In this document: positions 30,101 to 46,500 of the stretch, piece by piece
How the letters are laid out: each line of letters starts with the position of its first letter
How positions within the stretch are numbered: the stretch's first letter is position 1
Origin: Eledone cirrhosa
Taxonomy: Eukaryota
Direction: 5' to 3'
NCBI GenBank assembly: GCA_964016885.1
Contig: OZ024756.1
Location: 4,526,001-4,590,000 of the forward strand
DNA length: 64,000 nucleotides
Made by a program: the position numbers and the translations under genes
Notes under the pieces: model-generated
Databases searched by the model: none
What the model saw: only the letters and a program-made list of their open reading frames with translations
Told to the model about the DNA's origin: nothing

Positions 30101-33100
30101 CTGGAGATATACTGGAGATATACTGGAGATATACTGTAGATATACTGGAGATATACTGGAGATATACTGGAGATATACTGGAGATATACTGGAGATATAC
30201 AGGAGATATACTGGAGATATACTGGAGATATACTGGAGATATACTGGAGATATACTGAGATATACTGGGGATATACTTTAGATATACTGCAGATATACTG
30301 GAGATATACTGGAGATATACTGGAGATGTAGTAGAGATAAACTGGCGATAAACTGGAGATATACTGGAGATATACTGGAGATATACTGGAGATATACTGG
30401 AGATATACTGGAGATATACTGGAGATATACTGGAGATATACTGGAGATATACTGGAGATATACTGGGGATATACTGGAGATATACTGGAGATATACTGGA
30501 GATATACTGGAGATATACTGGAGATATACTGGAGATAAATTGAGATATACTGGGGATATACTTTAGATATACTTTAGATATACTGCAGATATACTTGAGA
30601 TATACTGGAGATTTACTGGAGATTTACTGGAGATATACTGGGGATATACTGGAGATATCCTGGAGATATCCTGGAGATATCCTGGAGATATCCTGGAGAT
30701 ATACTGAAGATATCCTGGAGATATCCTGGAGATATACTGGGGATATACTAGAGATATACTGAGATATACTGGAGATATACTGGAGATATACTGGAGATAT
30801 ACTGGAGATATACTGGAGATATCCTGGAGATATCCTGGAGATATACTGGAGATATACTGGAGATATACTGTAGATGTAGTAGAGATATCCTGGAGATATA
30901 CTGGAGATATACTGGAGATATACTGGAGATATACTGGAGATATACTGGAGATATACTGGAGATATACTGTAGATGTAGTAGAGATAAACTGCAGATATAC
31001 TGGAAATATACTGGAGATATACTGAGATATACTGGAGATATACCTTAGATATACCTTAGATATACTTTAGATTTACTGGAGATATACTGGAGATATACTG
31101 GAGATATCCTGGAGATATCCTGGAGATATACTGAAGATATCCTGGAGATATCCTGGAGATATACTGGGGATATACTAGAGATATACTGAGATATACTGGA
31201 GATTTACTGGAGATATACTGGAGATATACTGGAGATATACTGGAGATATCCTGGAGATATCCTGGAGATACACTGGAGATATACTGGAGATATACTGGAG
31301 ATATATTGTTGATATACTTAGATATACTGGAGATATACTGGAGATATACTGGATATATACTAGAGATATACTGGAGATATACTGGTTATATACTAGAGAT
31401 ATACTGGAGATATACTGGAGATATACTGGAGATATACTGGAGATATACCTGAGATATACTGGAGATATACTGGAGATATACTGGAGATATACTGGAGATA
31501 AACTGGAGATATACTGGAGATAAACTCGAGATATACTGGAGATATACTGGAGATATGCTGGTGATATACTGGAGATATACTGGAGATATGCTGGGGTTAT
31601 GCTGGAGATATACTGGAGATATTCTGGAGATATAATGAGATATAATAAGATATACTGAGATATACTGAGACATACTGGAGATATACTGGAGATATACTGG
31701 AAATATACTGGAGATATACTGCAGATATACTGGAGATATCCTGGAGATACACTGGAGATATACTGGAGATATACTGGAGATATATTGTTGATATACTTAG
31801 ATATACTGGAGATATACTGGAGATATACTGGATATATACTAGAGATATACTGGAGATATACTGGTTATATACTAGAGATATACTGGAGATATACTGGAGA
31901 TATACTGGAGATATACTGGAGATATACTGGAGATATACTGGAGATATACTGGAGATATACTGGAGATATACTGGAGATATACTGTAGATGTAGTAGAGAT
32001 ATCCTGGAGATATACTGGAGATATACTGGAGATATACTGGAGATATACTGGAGATATACTGGAGATATACTGGAGATATACTGTAGATGTAGTAGAGATA
32101 AACTGCAGATATACTGGAAATATACTGGAGATATACTGAGATATACTGGAGATATACCTTAGATATACCTTAGATATACTTTAGATTTACTGGAGATATA
32201 CTGGAGATATACTGGAGATATCCTGGAGATATCCTGGAGATATACTGAAGATATCCTGGAGATATCCTGGAGATATACTGGGGATATACTAGAGATATAC
32301 TGAGATATACTGGAGATTTACTGGAGATATACTGGAGATATACTGGAGATATACTGGAGATATCCTGGAGATATCCTGGAGATACACTGGAGATATACTG
32401 GAGATATACTGGAGATATATTGTTGATATACTTAGATATACTGGAGATATACTGGAGATATACTGGATATATACTAGAGATATACTGGAGATATACTGGT
32501 TATATACTAGAGATATACTGGAGATATACTGGAGATATACTGGAGATATACTGGAGATATACCTGAGATATACTGGAGATATACTGGAGATATACTGGAG
32601 ATATACTGGAGATAAACTGGAGATATACTGGAGATAAACTCGAGATATACTGGAGATATACTGGAGATATGCTGGTGATATACTGGAGATATACTGGAGA
32701 TATGCTGGGGTTATGCTGGAGATATACTGGAGATATTCTGGAGATATAATGAGATATAATAAGATATACTGAGATATACTGAGACATACTGGAGATATAC
32801 TGGAGATATACTGGAAATATACTGGAGATATACTGCAGATATACTGGAGATATCCTGGAGATACACTGGAGATATACTGGAGATATACTGGAGATATATT
32901 GTTGATATACTTAGATATACTGGAGATATACTGGAGATATACTGGATATATACTAGAGATATACTGGAGATATACTGGTTATATACTAGAGATATACTGG
33001 AGATATACTGGAGATATACTGGAGATATACTGGAGATATACTGGAGATATACTGGAGATATACTGGAGATTTACTGGAGATATACTGGAGATATCCTGGA

Positions 33101-36100
33101 GATATCCTGGAGATATCCTGGAGATATACTGAAGATATCCTGGAGATATCCTGGAGATATACTGGGGATATACTAGAGATATACTGAGATATACTGGAGA
33201 TATACTGGAGATATACTGGAGATATACTGGAGATATACTGAGATATACTGGAGATATACCTTAGATATACTTTAGATATACTGCAGATATACTGGAGATA
33301 TACTGGAGATATACTGGAGATAAACTGGAGATATACTGGAGATAAACTCGAGATATACTGGAGATATACTGGAGATATGCTGGTGATATACTGGAGATAT
33401 GCTGGGGTTATGCTGGAGATATACTGGAGATATTCTGGAGATATAATGAGATATAATGAGATATACTGAGATATACTGAGACATACTGGAGATATACTGC
33501 AGATATACTGGAGATATCCTGGAGATACACTGGAGATATACTGGAGATATATTGTTGATATACTTAGATATACTGGAGACATACTGGAGATATACTGGAT
33601 ATATACTAGAGATATACTGGAGATATACTGGTTATATACTAGAAATATACTGGAGATATACTGGAGATATACTGGAGATATACTGGAGATATACTGGAGA
33701 TATACTGGAGATATACTGGAGATATGCTGGAGATATCCTGGAGATATACTGTGGATATACTGGAGATATCCTGGAGATACACTGGAGATATACTGGAGAT
33801 ATACTGGAGATATATTGTTGATATACTTAGATATACTGGAGATATACTGGAGATATACTGGATATATACTAGAGATATACTGGAGATATACTGGTTATAT
33901 ACTAGAGATATACTGGAGATATACTGGAGATATACTGGAGATATACCTGAGATATACTGGAGATATACTGGAGATATACTGGAGATATACTGGAGATAAA
34001 CTGGAGATATACTGGAGATAAACTCGAGATATACTGGAGATATACTGGAGATATGCTGGTGATATACTGGAGATATGCTGGGGTTATGCTGGAGATATAC
34101 TGGAGATATTCTGGAGATATAATGAGATATAATGAGATATACTGAGATATACTGAGACATACTGGAGATATACTGGAGATATACTGGAAATATACTGAAG
34201 ATATCCTGGAGATATCCTGGAGATACACTGGAGATATACTGGAGATATACTGGAGATATATTGTTGATATACTTAGATATACTGGAGATATACTGGAGAT
34301 ATACTGGATATATACTAGAGATATACTGGAGATATACTGGTTACATACTAGAGATATACTGGAGATATCCTGGAAATACACTGGAGATATACTGGAGATA
34401 TACTGGAGATATATTGTTGATATACTTAGATATACTGGAGATATACTGGTTATATACTAGAGATATACTGGAGATATACTGGAGATATACTGGAGATATA
34501 CTGGAGATATACTGGAGATATACTAGAGATATACTGGAGATATACTGGAGATATATTGTTGATATACTTAGATATACTGGAGATATACTGGTTACATACT
34601 AGAGATATACTGGAGATATCCTGGAGATACACTGGAGATATACTGGAGATATACTGGAGATATATTGTTGATATACTTAGATATACTGGAGATATACTAG
34701 AGATATACTGGAGATATACTGGTTATATACTAGAGATATACTGGAGATATACTGGAGATATACTGGAGATATACTGGAGATATACTGGAGATATACTGGA
34801 GATATGCTGGAGATATACTGGAGATATACTGGAGATATACTGGAGATATACTGGGGATATACTGGAGATATACTGGAGATATACTGGAGATATACTGGAG
34901 ATATACTGGAGATATACTGGAGATATGCTGGAGATATCCTGGAGATATACTGTAGATATACTGGAGATATACTGGGGATATACTGGAGATATACTGAGAT
35001 ATACTGGAGATATACTGAGATATACTGTAGATATCCGAGAGATATACTGGAGATATACTGGAGATATACTGGAGATATACTGGAGATATACTGGAGATAT
35101 ACTTGAGATATACTGGGGATATAATGGAGATATACTGAGATATACTGTAGATATCCGAGAGATAAACTGGAGATATACTGGAGATATGCTGGAGATATAC
35201 TGTTGATATACTGGAGGTATCCTGGAGATATACTGGAGATATACTGGGGATATAATGGAGATATACTGAGATATACTTCAGATATCCGAGAGATATACTG
35301 GAGATATCCTGGAGATATACAGGAGATATACTGGAGATATCCTGGAGATATACTGGAGATATACTGGAGATATACTGGGGATATAATGGAGATATACTGA
35401 GATATACTGTAGATATCCGAGAGATATACTGGAGATATGCTGGAGATATACTGGAGATATACTGGAGATATACTGGAGATATCCTGGAGATATACTGGAG
35501 ATATACTGGAGATATACTGGGGATATAATGGAGATATACTGAGATATACTGTAGATATCCGAGAGATATACTGGAGATATACTGGAGATATACTGGAGAT
35601 ATACTGGAGATATACAGGAGATATACTGGAGATATACTGGAGATATACTGGAGATATACTGGAGATATACTGAGATATACTGGGGATATACTTTAGATAT
35701 ACTGCAGATATACTGGAGATATACTGGAGATATACTGGAGATGTAGTAGAGATAAACTGGCGATAAACTGGAGATATACTGGAGATATACTGGAGATATA
35801 CTGGAGATATACTGGAGATATACTGGAGATATACTGGAGATATACTGGAGATATACTGGAGATATACTGGAGATATACTGGGGATATACTGGAGATATAC
35901 TGGAGATATACTGGAGATATACTGGAGATATACTGGAGATATACTGGAGATAAATTGAGATATACTGGGGATATACTTTAGATATACTTTAGATATACTG
36001 CAGATATACTTGAGATATACTGGAGATTTACTGGAGATTTACTGGAGATATACTGGGGATATACTGGAGATATCCTGGAGATATCCTGGAGATATCCTGG

Positions 36101-36400
36101 AGATATCCTGGAGATATACTGAAGATATCCTGGAGATATCCTGGAGATATACTGGGGATATACTAGAGATATACTGAGATATACTGGAGATATACTGGAG
36201 ATATACTGGAGATATACTGGAGATATACTGGAGATATCCTGGAGATATCCTGGAGATATACTGGAGATATACTGGAGATATACTGTAGATGTAGTAGAGA
36301 TATCCTGGAGATATACTGGAGATATACTGGAGATATACTGGAGATATACTGGAGATATACTGGAGATATACTGTAGATGTAGTAGAGATAAACTGCAGAT
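21190..36400 (+). repeat. ~2.5-kb module present three times (starting ~21,190, ~28,335 and ~33,815; offsets 7145 and 5481)
   Basis: Identical or near-identical ORF-track entries 21276/28421/33902, 21635/28780/34261, 21930/29075/34556 and 22577/29722/35203; shared marker GGAAATACACT. Confidence 0.88.
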
Positions 36401-37370
36401 ATACTGGAAATATACTGGAGATATACTGAGATATACTGGAGATATACCTTAGATATACCTTAGATATACTTTAGATTTACTGGAGATATACTGGAGATAT
36501 ACTGGAGATATCCTGGAGATATCCTGGAGATATACTGAAGATATCCTGGAGATATCCTGGAGATATACTGGGGATATACTAGAGATATACTGAGATATAC
36601 TGGAGATTTACTGGAGATATACTGGAGATATACTGGAGATATACTGGAGATATCCTGGAGATATGCTGGAGATAGACTGGAGATATACTGGAGATATACT
36701 GGAGATATATTGTTGATATACTTAGATATACTGGAGATATACTGGAGATATACTGGATATATACTAGAGATATACTGGAGATATACTGGTTATATACTAG
36801 AGATATACTGGAGATATACTGGAGATATACTGGAGATATACTGGAGATATACCTGAGATATACTGGAGATATACTGGAGATATACTGGAGATATACTGGA
36901 GATAAACTGGAGATATACTGGAGATAAACTCGAGATATACTGGAGATATACTGGAGATATGCTGGTGATATACTGGAGATATACTGGAGATATGCTGGGG
37001 TTATGCTGGAGATATACTGGAGATATTCTGGAGATATAATGAGATATAATAAGATATACTGAGATATACTGAGACATACTGGAGATATACTGGAGATATA
37101 CTGGAAATATACTGGAGATATACTGCAGATATACTGGAGATATCCTGGAGATACACTGGAGATATACTGGAGATATACTGGAGATATATTGTTGATATAC
37201 TTAGATATACTGGAGATATACTGGAGATATACTGGATATATACTAGAGATATACTGGAGATATACTGGTTATATACTAGAGATATACTGGAGATATACTG
37301 GAGATATACTGGAGATATACTGGAGATATACTGGAGATATACTGGAGATATACTGGAGATATACTGGAGA
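27600..37370 (+). repeat. ~4.3-kb segmental duplication (~27,600-31,960 vs ~33,070-37,370; offset 5404-5481)
   Basis: ORF pairs 27802/33272, 28243/33724, 29722/35203 and 31386/36790; private variants GGAGGTATCCT (~29,732/35,213) and GGCGATAAACT (~30,344/35,759). Confidence 0.88.
30850..33065 (+). repeat. 1,114-bp direct tandem duplication
   Basis: TAGATGTAG at 30871/31985, GGTT at 31863/32977, and ORFs 31386/32500 and 31785/32899, all at offset 1114. Confidence 0.9.
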
Positions 37371-39099
37371 TATGCTGGAGATATCCTGGAGATATACTGT
37401 AGATATACTGGAGATATACTGGGGATATACTGGAGATATACTGAGATATACTGTAGATATCCGAGAGATATACTGGAGATATACTGGAGATATACTGGAG
37501 ATATACTGGAGATATACTGGAGTTATACTGGGGATATAATGGAGATATACTGGGATATACTGTAGATATCCGAGAGATAAACTGGAGATATACTGGAGAT
37601 ATGCTGGAGATATACTGGTGATATACTGGAGATATCCTGGAGATATACTGGAGATATACTGGGGATATAATGGAGATATACTGAGATATACTTTAGATAT
37701 CCGAGAGATATACTGGAGATATCCTGGAGATATATAGGAGATATACTGGAGATATCCTGGAGATATACTGGAGATATACTGGAGATATACTGGGGATATA
37801 ATGGAGATATACTGAGACATACTGTAGATATCCGAGAGATATACTGGAGATATGCTGGAGATATACTGGAGATATACTGGAGATATACTGGAGATATCCT
37901 GGAGATATACTGGAGATATACTGGAGATATACTGGGGATATAATGGAGATATACTGAGATATACTGTAGATATCCGAGAGATATACTGGAGATATACTGG
38001 AGATATACTGGAGATATACTGGAGATATACTGGAGATATACCGTAGATATACTGGAGATATACTGGAGATATACTGGAGATATACTGGAGATATACTGGA
38101 GATATACTGGAGATATACTGGAGATATACTGGAGATATACTGGAGATATACTGGAGATATACTGAGATATACTGGGGATATACTTTAGATATACTGCAGA
38201 TATACTGGAGATATACTGGAGATATACTGGAGATATACTGGAGATGTAGTAGAGATAAACTGGAGATAAACTGGATATATACTGGAGATATACTGGAGAT
38301 ATACTGGAGATATACTGGAGATATACTAGGGATATACTGGGGATATACTGGAGATATACTGGAGATATACTGGAGATATACTGGAGATATACTGGAGATA
38401 TACTGGAGATATACTGGAGATATACTGGAGATATACTGGAGATATACTGGAGATATACTGAGATATACTGGGGATATACTTTAGATATACTTTAGATATA
38501 CTGCAGATATACTTGAGATATACTGGAGATATACTGGAGATTTACTGGAGATTTACTGGAGATATACTGGAGATATCCTGGGGATATCCTGGAGATATCC
38601 TGGAGATATACTGGAGATATACTGGAGATATCCTGGAGATATACTGGAAATATACTGGAGATATACTGAGATATACTGGAGATATACCTTAGATATACTT
38701 TAGATATACTGCAGATATACTGGAGATATACTGGAGATATACTGGAGATAAACTGGAGATATACTGGAGATATACTGGAGATATGCTGGTGATATACTGG
38801 AGATATGCTGGGGTTGTGCTGGAGATATACTGGAGATATTCTGGAGATATAATGAGATATAATGAGATATACTGAGATATACTGAGACATACTGGAGATA
38901 TACTGCAGATATACTGGAGATATCCTGGAGATACACTGGAGATATACTGGAGATATATTGTTGATATACTTAGATATACTGGAGACATACTGGAGATATA
39001 CTGGATATATACTAGAGATATACTGGAGATATACTGGTTATATACTAGAAATATACTGGAGATATACTGGAGATATACTGGAGATATACTGGAGATATA

Positions 39100-42000
39100 C
39101 TGGAGATATACTGGAGATATACTGGAGATATGCTGGAGATATCCTGGAGATATACTGTGGATATACTGGAGATATACTGGGGATATACTGGAGATATACT
39201 GAGATATACTGTAGATATCCGAGAGATATACTGGAGATATACTGGAGATATACTGGAGATATACTGGTGATATACTGGAGATATCCTGGAGATATACTGG
39301 AGATATACTGGGGATATAATGGAGATATACTGAGATATACTTTAGATATCCGAGAGATATACTGGAGATATCCTGGAGATATACAGGAGATATACTGGAG
39401 ATATCCTGGAGATATACTGGACATATACTGGAGATATACTGGGGATATAATGGAGATATACTGAGACATACTGTAGATATCCGAGAGATATACTGGAGAT
39501 ATGCTGGAGATATACTGGAGATATACTGGAGATATACTGGAGATATCCTGGAGATATACTGGAGATATACTGGAGATATACTGGGGATATAATGGAGATA
39601 TACTGAGATATACTGTAGATATCCGAGAGACATACTGGAGATATACTGGAGATATACTGGAGATATACTGCGGATATACTGGAGATATACCGTAGATATA
39701 CTGGAGATATACTGGAGATATACTGGAGATATACTGGAGATATACTGGAGATATACTGGAGATATACTGGAGATATACTGGAGATATACTGGAGATATAC
39801 TGGAGATATACTGGAGATATACTGAGATATACTGGGGATATACTTTAGATATACTGCAGATATACTGGAGATATACTGGAGATATACTGTAGATGTAGTA
39901 GAGATAAACTGGAGATAAACTGGAGATATACTGGAGATATACTGGAGATATACTGGAGATATACTGGAGATATACTGGAGATATACTGGAGATATACTGG
40001 AGATATACTGGGGATATACTGGAGATATACTGGAGATATACTGGAGATATACTGGAGATATACTGCAGATATACTGCAGATATACTGGAGATATACTGGA
40101 GATATACTGGAGATATACTGGAGATATACTGGAGATATACTGAGATATACTGGGGACATACTTTAGATATACTTTAGATATACTGCAGATATACTTGAGA
40201 TATACTGGAGATATACTGGAGATATACTGGAGATTTACTGGATATATACTAGAGATATACTGGAGATATACTGGTTATATACTAGAGATATACTGGAGAT
40301 ATACTGGAGATATACTGGAGATATACTGGAGATATACTGGAGATATACTGGAGATATACTGGAGATATACTGGAGATATGCTGGAGATATCCTGGAGATA
40401 TACTGTAGATATACTGGAGATATACTGGGGATATACTGGAGATATACTGAGATATACTGTAGATATCCGAGAGATATACTGGAGATATACTGGAGATATA
40501 CAGGAGATATACTGGAGATATACTGGAGTTATACTGGGGATATAATGGAGATATACTGGGATATACTGTAGATATCCGAGAGATAAACTGGAGATATACT
40601 GGAGATATGCTGGAGATATACTGGAGATATCCTGGAGATATACTGGAGATATACTGGGGATAAAATGGAGATATACTGAGATATACTTTAGATATCCGAG
40701 AGATATACTGGAGATATCCTGGAGATATATAGGAGATATACTGGAGATATCCTGGAGATATACTGGAGATATACTGGAGATATACTGGGGATACAATGGA
40801 GATATACTGAGACATACTGTAGATATCCGAGAGATATACTGGAGATATGCTGGAGATATACTGGAGATATACTGGAGATATACTGGAGATATCCTGGAGA
40901 TATACTGGAGATATACTGGAGATATACTGGGGATATAATGGAGATATACTGGAGATATACTGGGGATATAATGGAGATATACTGAGATATACTTTAGATA
41001 TCCGAGAGATATACTGGAGATATCCTGGAGATATATAGGAGATATACTGGAGATATCCTGGAGATATACTGGAGATATACTGGAGATATACTGGAGATAT
41101 ACTGGAGATATACTGGAGATATACTGGAGATATACTGGAGATATACTGGAGATATACTGGAGATATACTGGAGATATGCTGGAGATATCCTGGAGATATA
41201 CTGTGGATATACTGGAGATATACTGGGGATATACTGGAGATATACTGAGATATACTGTAGATATCCGAGAGATATACTGGAGATATACTGGAGATATACT
41301 GGAGATATACTGGAGATATACTGGAGATATACTGGAGATATACTGGAGATATACTGGGGATATAATGGAGATATACTGAGATATACTGTAGATATCCGAG
41401 AGATAAACTGGAGATATACTGGAGATATGCTGGAGATATACTGGTGATATACTGGAGATATCCTGGAGATATACTGGAGATATACTGGGGATATAATGGA
41501 GATATACTGAGATATACTTTAGATATCCGAGAGATATACTGGAGATATCCTGGAGATATACAGGAGATATACTGGAGATATCCTGGAGATATACTGGACA
41601 TATACTGGAGATATACTGGGGATATAATGGAGATATACTGAGACATACTGTAGATATCCGAGAGATATACTGGAGATATGCTGGAGATATACTGGAGATA
41701 TACTGGAGATATACTGGAGATATCCTGGAGATATACTGGAGATATACTGGAGATATACTGGGGATATAATGGAGATATACTGAGATATACTGTAGATATC
41801 CGAGAGACATACTGGAGATATACTGGAGATATACTGGAGATATACTGGAGATATACTGGAGATATACCGTAGATATACTGGAGATATACTGGAGATATAC
41901 TGGAGGTATACTGGAGATATACTGGAGATATACTGGAGATATACTGGAGATATACTGGAGATATACTGGAGATATACTGGAGATATACTGGAGATATACT

Positions 42001-43120
42001 GAGATATACTGGGGATATACTTTAGATATACTGCAGATATACTGGAGATATACTGGAGATATACTGTAGATGTAGTAGAGATAAACTGGAGATAAACTGG
42101 AGATATACTGGAGATATACTGGAGATATACTGGAGATATACTGGAGATATACTGGAGATATACTGGAGATATACTGGAGATATACTGGGGATATACTGGA
42201 GATATACTGGAGATATACTGGAGATATACTGGAGATATACTGCAGATATACTGCAGATATACTGGAGATATACTGGAGATATACTGGAGATATACTGGAG
42301 ATATACTGGAGATATACTGAGATATACTGGGGACATACTTTAGATATACTTTAGATATACTGCAGATATACTTGAGATATACTGGAGATATACTGGAGAT
42401 ATACTGGAGATTAACTGGATATATACTAGAGATATACTGGAGATATACTGGTTATATACTAGAGATATACTGGAGATATACTGGAGATATACTGGAGATA
42501 TACTGGAGATATACTGGAGATATACTGGAGATATGCTGGAGATATACTGGAGATATGCTGGAGATATCCTGGAGATATACTGTAGATATACTGGAGATAT
42601 ACTGGGGATATACTGGAGATATACTGAGATATACTGTAGATATCCGAGAGATATACTGGAGATATACTGGAGATATACTGGAGATATACTGGAGATATAC
42701 TGGAGTTATACTGGGGATATAATGGAGATATACTGGGATATACTGTAGATATCCGAGAGATAAACTGGAGATATACTGGAGATATGCTGGAGATATACTG
42801 GAGATATCCTGGAGATATACTGGAGATATACTGGGGATAAAATGGAGATATACTGAGATATACTTTAGATATCCGAGAGATATACTGGAGATATCCTGGA
42901 GATATATAGGAGATATACTGGAGATATCCTGGAGATATACTGGAGATATACTGGAGATATACTGAGGATACAATGGAGATATACTGAGACATACTGTAGA
43001 TATCCGAGAGATATACTGGAGATATGCTGGAGATATACTGGAGATATACTGGAGATATACTGGAGATATCCTGGAGATATACTGGAGATATACTGGAGAT
43101 ATACTGGGGATATAATGGAG
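39100..43120 (+). repeat. 2,177-bp-offset duplication
   Basis: ORF pairs 39501/41678, 39845/42022, 40195/42372 and 40847/43024; private variants GGGGATAAAAT and GATACAATGG in both copies. Confidence 0.88.
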
Positions 43121-43589
43121 ATATACTGAGATATACTGTAGATATCCGAGAGATATACTGGAGATATACTGGAGATATACTGGAGATATACTGGAGATAT
43201 ACCGTAGATATACTGGAGATATACTGGAGATATACTGGAGATATACTGGAGATATACTGGAGATATACTGGAGATATACTGGAGATATACTGGAGATATA
43301 CTGGAGATATACTGGAGATATACTGGAGATATACTGGAGATATACTGGAGATATAATGGAGATATACTGAGATATACTGGGGATATACTTTAGATATACT
43401 GCAGATATACTGGAGATATACTGGAGATGTAGTAGAGATAAACTGGAGATAAACTGGAGATAAACTGGAGATATACTGGAGATATACTGGAGATATACTG
43501 GAGATATACTGGAGATATACTGGAGATATACTGGAGATATACTGGAGATATACTGAGATATACTTTAGATATACTTTAGATATACTTTA

Positions 43590-46500
43590 GATATACTGCA
43601 GATATACTTGAGATATACTGGAGATATACTGGAGATTTACTGGAGATTTACTGGAGATATACTGGAGATATCCTGGAGATATCCTGGAGATATACTGGAG
43701 ATATACTGGAGATATACTCTAGATGTAGTAGAGATATCCTGGAGATATACTGGAGATATACTGGAGATATACTGGAGATATACTGGAGATATACTGGAGA
43801 TGTAGTAGAGATAAAATGGAGATATACTGGAAATATACTGGAGATATACTGAGATATACTGGAGATATACCTTAGATATACTTTAGATATACTGCAGATA
43901 TACTGGAGATATACTGGAGATATACTGGAGATAAACTGGAGATATACTGGAGATAAACTCGAGATATACTGGAGATATACTGGAGATATGCTGGTGATAT
44001 ACTGGAGATATGCTGGGGTTATGCTGGAGATATACTGGAGATATTCTGGAGATATAATGAGATATAATGAGATATACTGAGATATACTGAGACATACTGG
44101 AGATATACTGCAGATATACTGGAGATATCCTGGAGATACACTGGAGATATACTGGAGATATACTGGAGATATATTGTTGATATACTTAGATATACTGGAG
44201 ACATACTGGAGATATACTGGATATATACTAGAGATATACTGGAGATATACTGGTTATATACTAGAAATATACTGGAGATATACTGGAGATATACTGGAGA
44301 TATACTGGAGATATACTGGAGATATACTGGAGATATACTGGAGATATGCTGGAGATATCCTGGAGATATACTGTAGATATACTGGAGATATACTGGGGAT
44401 ATACTGGAGATATACTGAGATATACTGTAGATATCCGAGAGATATACTGGAGATATACTGGAGATATACTGGAGATATACTGGAGATATACTGGAGATAT
44501 ACTGGAGATATACTGGGGATATAATGGAGATATACTGAGATATACTGTAGATATCCGAGAGATAAACTGGAGATATACTGGAGATATGCTGGAGATATAC
44601 TGGTGATATACTGGAGACATCCTGGAGATATACTGGAGATATACTGGGGATATAATGGAGATATACTGAGATATACTTTAGATATCCGAGAGATATACTG
44701 GAGATATCCTGGAGATATACAGGAGATATACTGGAGATATCCTGGAGATATACTGGAGATATACTGGAGATATACTGGGGATATAATGGAGATATACTGA
44801 GACATACTGTAGATATCCGAGAGATATACTGGAGATATGCTGGAGATATACTGGAGATATACTGGAGATATACTGGAGATATCCTGGAGATATACTGCAG
44901 ATATACTGGAGATATACTGGGGATATAATGGAGATATACTGAGATATACTGTAGATATCCGAGAGACATACTGGAGATATACTGGAGATATACTGGAGAT
45001 ATACTGGAGATATACTGGAGATATACCGTAGATATACTGGAGATATACTGGAGATATACTGGAGATATACTGGAGATATACTGGAGATATACTGGAGATA
45101 TACTGGAGATATACTGGAGATATACTGGAGATATACTGAGATATACTGGGGATATACTTTAGATATACTGCAGATATACTGGAGATATACTGGAGATATA
45201 CTGGAGATGTAGTAGAGATAAACTGGAGATAAACTGGAGATATACTGGAGATATACTGGAGATATACTGGAGATATACTGGAGATATACTGGAGATATAC
45301 TGGAGATATACTGGAGATATACTGGAGATATACTGGAGATATACTGGAGATATACTGCAGATATACTGCAGATATACTGGAGATATACTGGAGATATACT
45401 GGAGATATACTGGAGATATACTGGAGATATACTGAGATATACTGGGGACATACTTTAGATATACTTTAGATATACTGCAGATATACTTGAGATATACTGG
45501 AGATATACTGGAGATATACTGGAGATTTACTGGAGATTTACTGGAGATATCCTGGAGATATCCTGGAGATATCCTGAAGATATCCTGGAGATATCCTGGA
45601 GATATACTGGGGATATACTAGAGATATACTGAGATATACTGGAGATATACTGTAGATATACTGGAGATATACTGGAGATATCCTGGAGATATCCTGGAGA
45701 TATACTGGAGATATACTGGAGATATACTGGAGATATACTGGAGATATACTGGAGATATACTGGGGATATACTGGAGATATACTGGAGATATACTGGAGAT
45801 ATACTGGAGATATACTGCAGATATACTGCAGATATACTGGAGATATACTGGAGATATACTGGAGATATACTGGAGATATACTGGAGATATACTGAGATAT
45901 ACTGGGGACATACTTTAGATATACTTTAGATATACTGCAGATATACTTGAGATATACTGGAGATATACTGGAGATATACTGGAGATTTACTGGATATATA
46001 CTAGAGATATACTGGAGATATACTGGTTATATACTAGAGATATACTGGAGATATACTGGAGATATACTGGAGATATACTGGAGATATACTGGAGATATAC
46101 TGGAGATATACTGGAGATATACTGGAGATATGCTGGAGATATCCTGGAGATATACTGTAGATATACTGGAGATATACTGGGGATATACTGGAGATATACT
46201 GAGATATACTGTAGATATCCGAGAGATATACTGGAGATATACTGGAGATATACTGGAGATATACTGGAGATATACTGGAGATATACTGGAGTTATACTGG
46301 GGATATAATGGAGATATACTGGGATATACTGTAGATATCCGAGAGATAAACTGGAGATATACTGGAGATATGCTGGAGATATACTGGAGATATCCTGGAG
46401 ATATACTGGAGATATACTGGGGATATACTGGGGATATAATGGAGATATACTGAGATATACTGTAGATATCCGAGAGATATACTGGAGATATACTGGAGAT

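Larger units (their letters stand above)
25920..38600 (+). repeat. Dispersed ~1.7-kb duplication (~25,920-27,650 vs ~36,850-38,600; offset ~10,941)
   Basis: ORF anchors 26879/37820 and 26911/37852; shared rare variants GGAGTTATACT, GGAGATATATA-GGAG and AGGGATATACT. Confidence 0.82.

Noticed and set aside
40275-41810. Longest ORFs (511 aa and 454 aa, minus strand)
   Set aside because: They overlap each other in different frames. Common variants create stops on the + strand (ACTGAG, TGTAG, ATAAT) but not on the - strand, so long minus-strand ORFs are expected wherever CTA/TTA/TCA variants are sparse.
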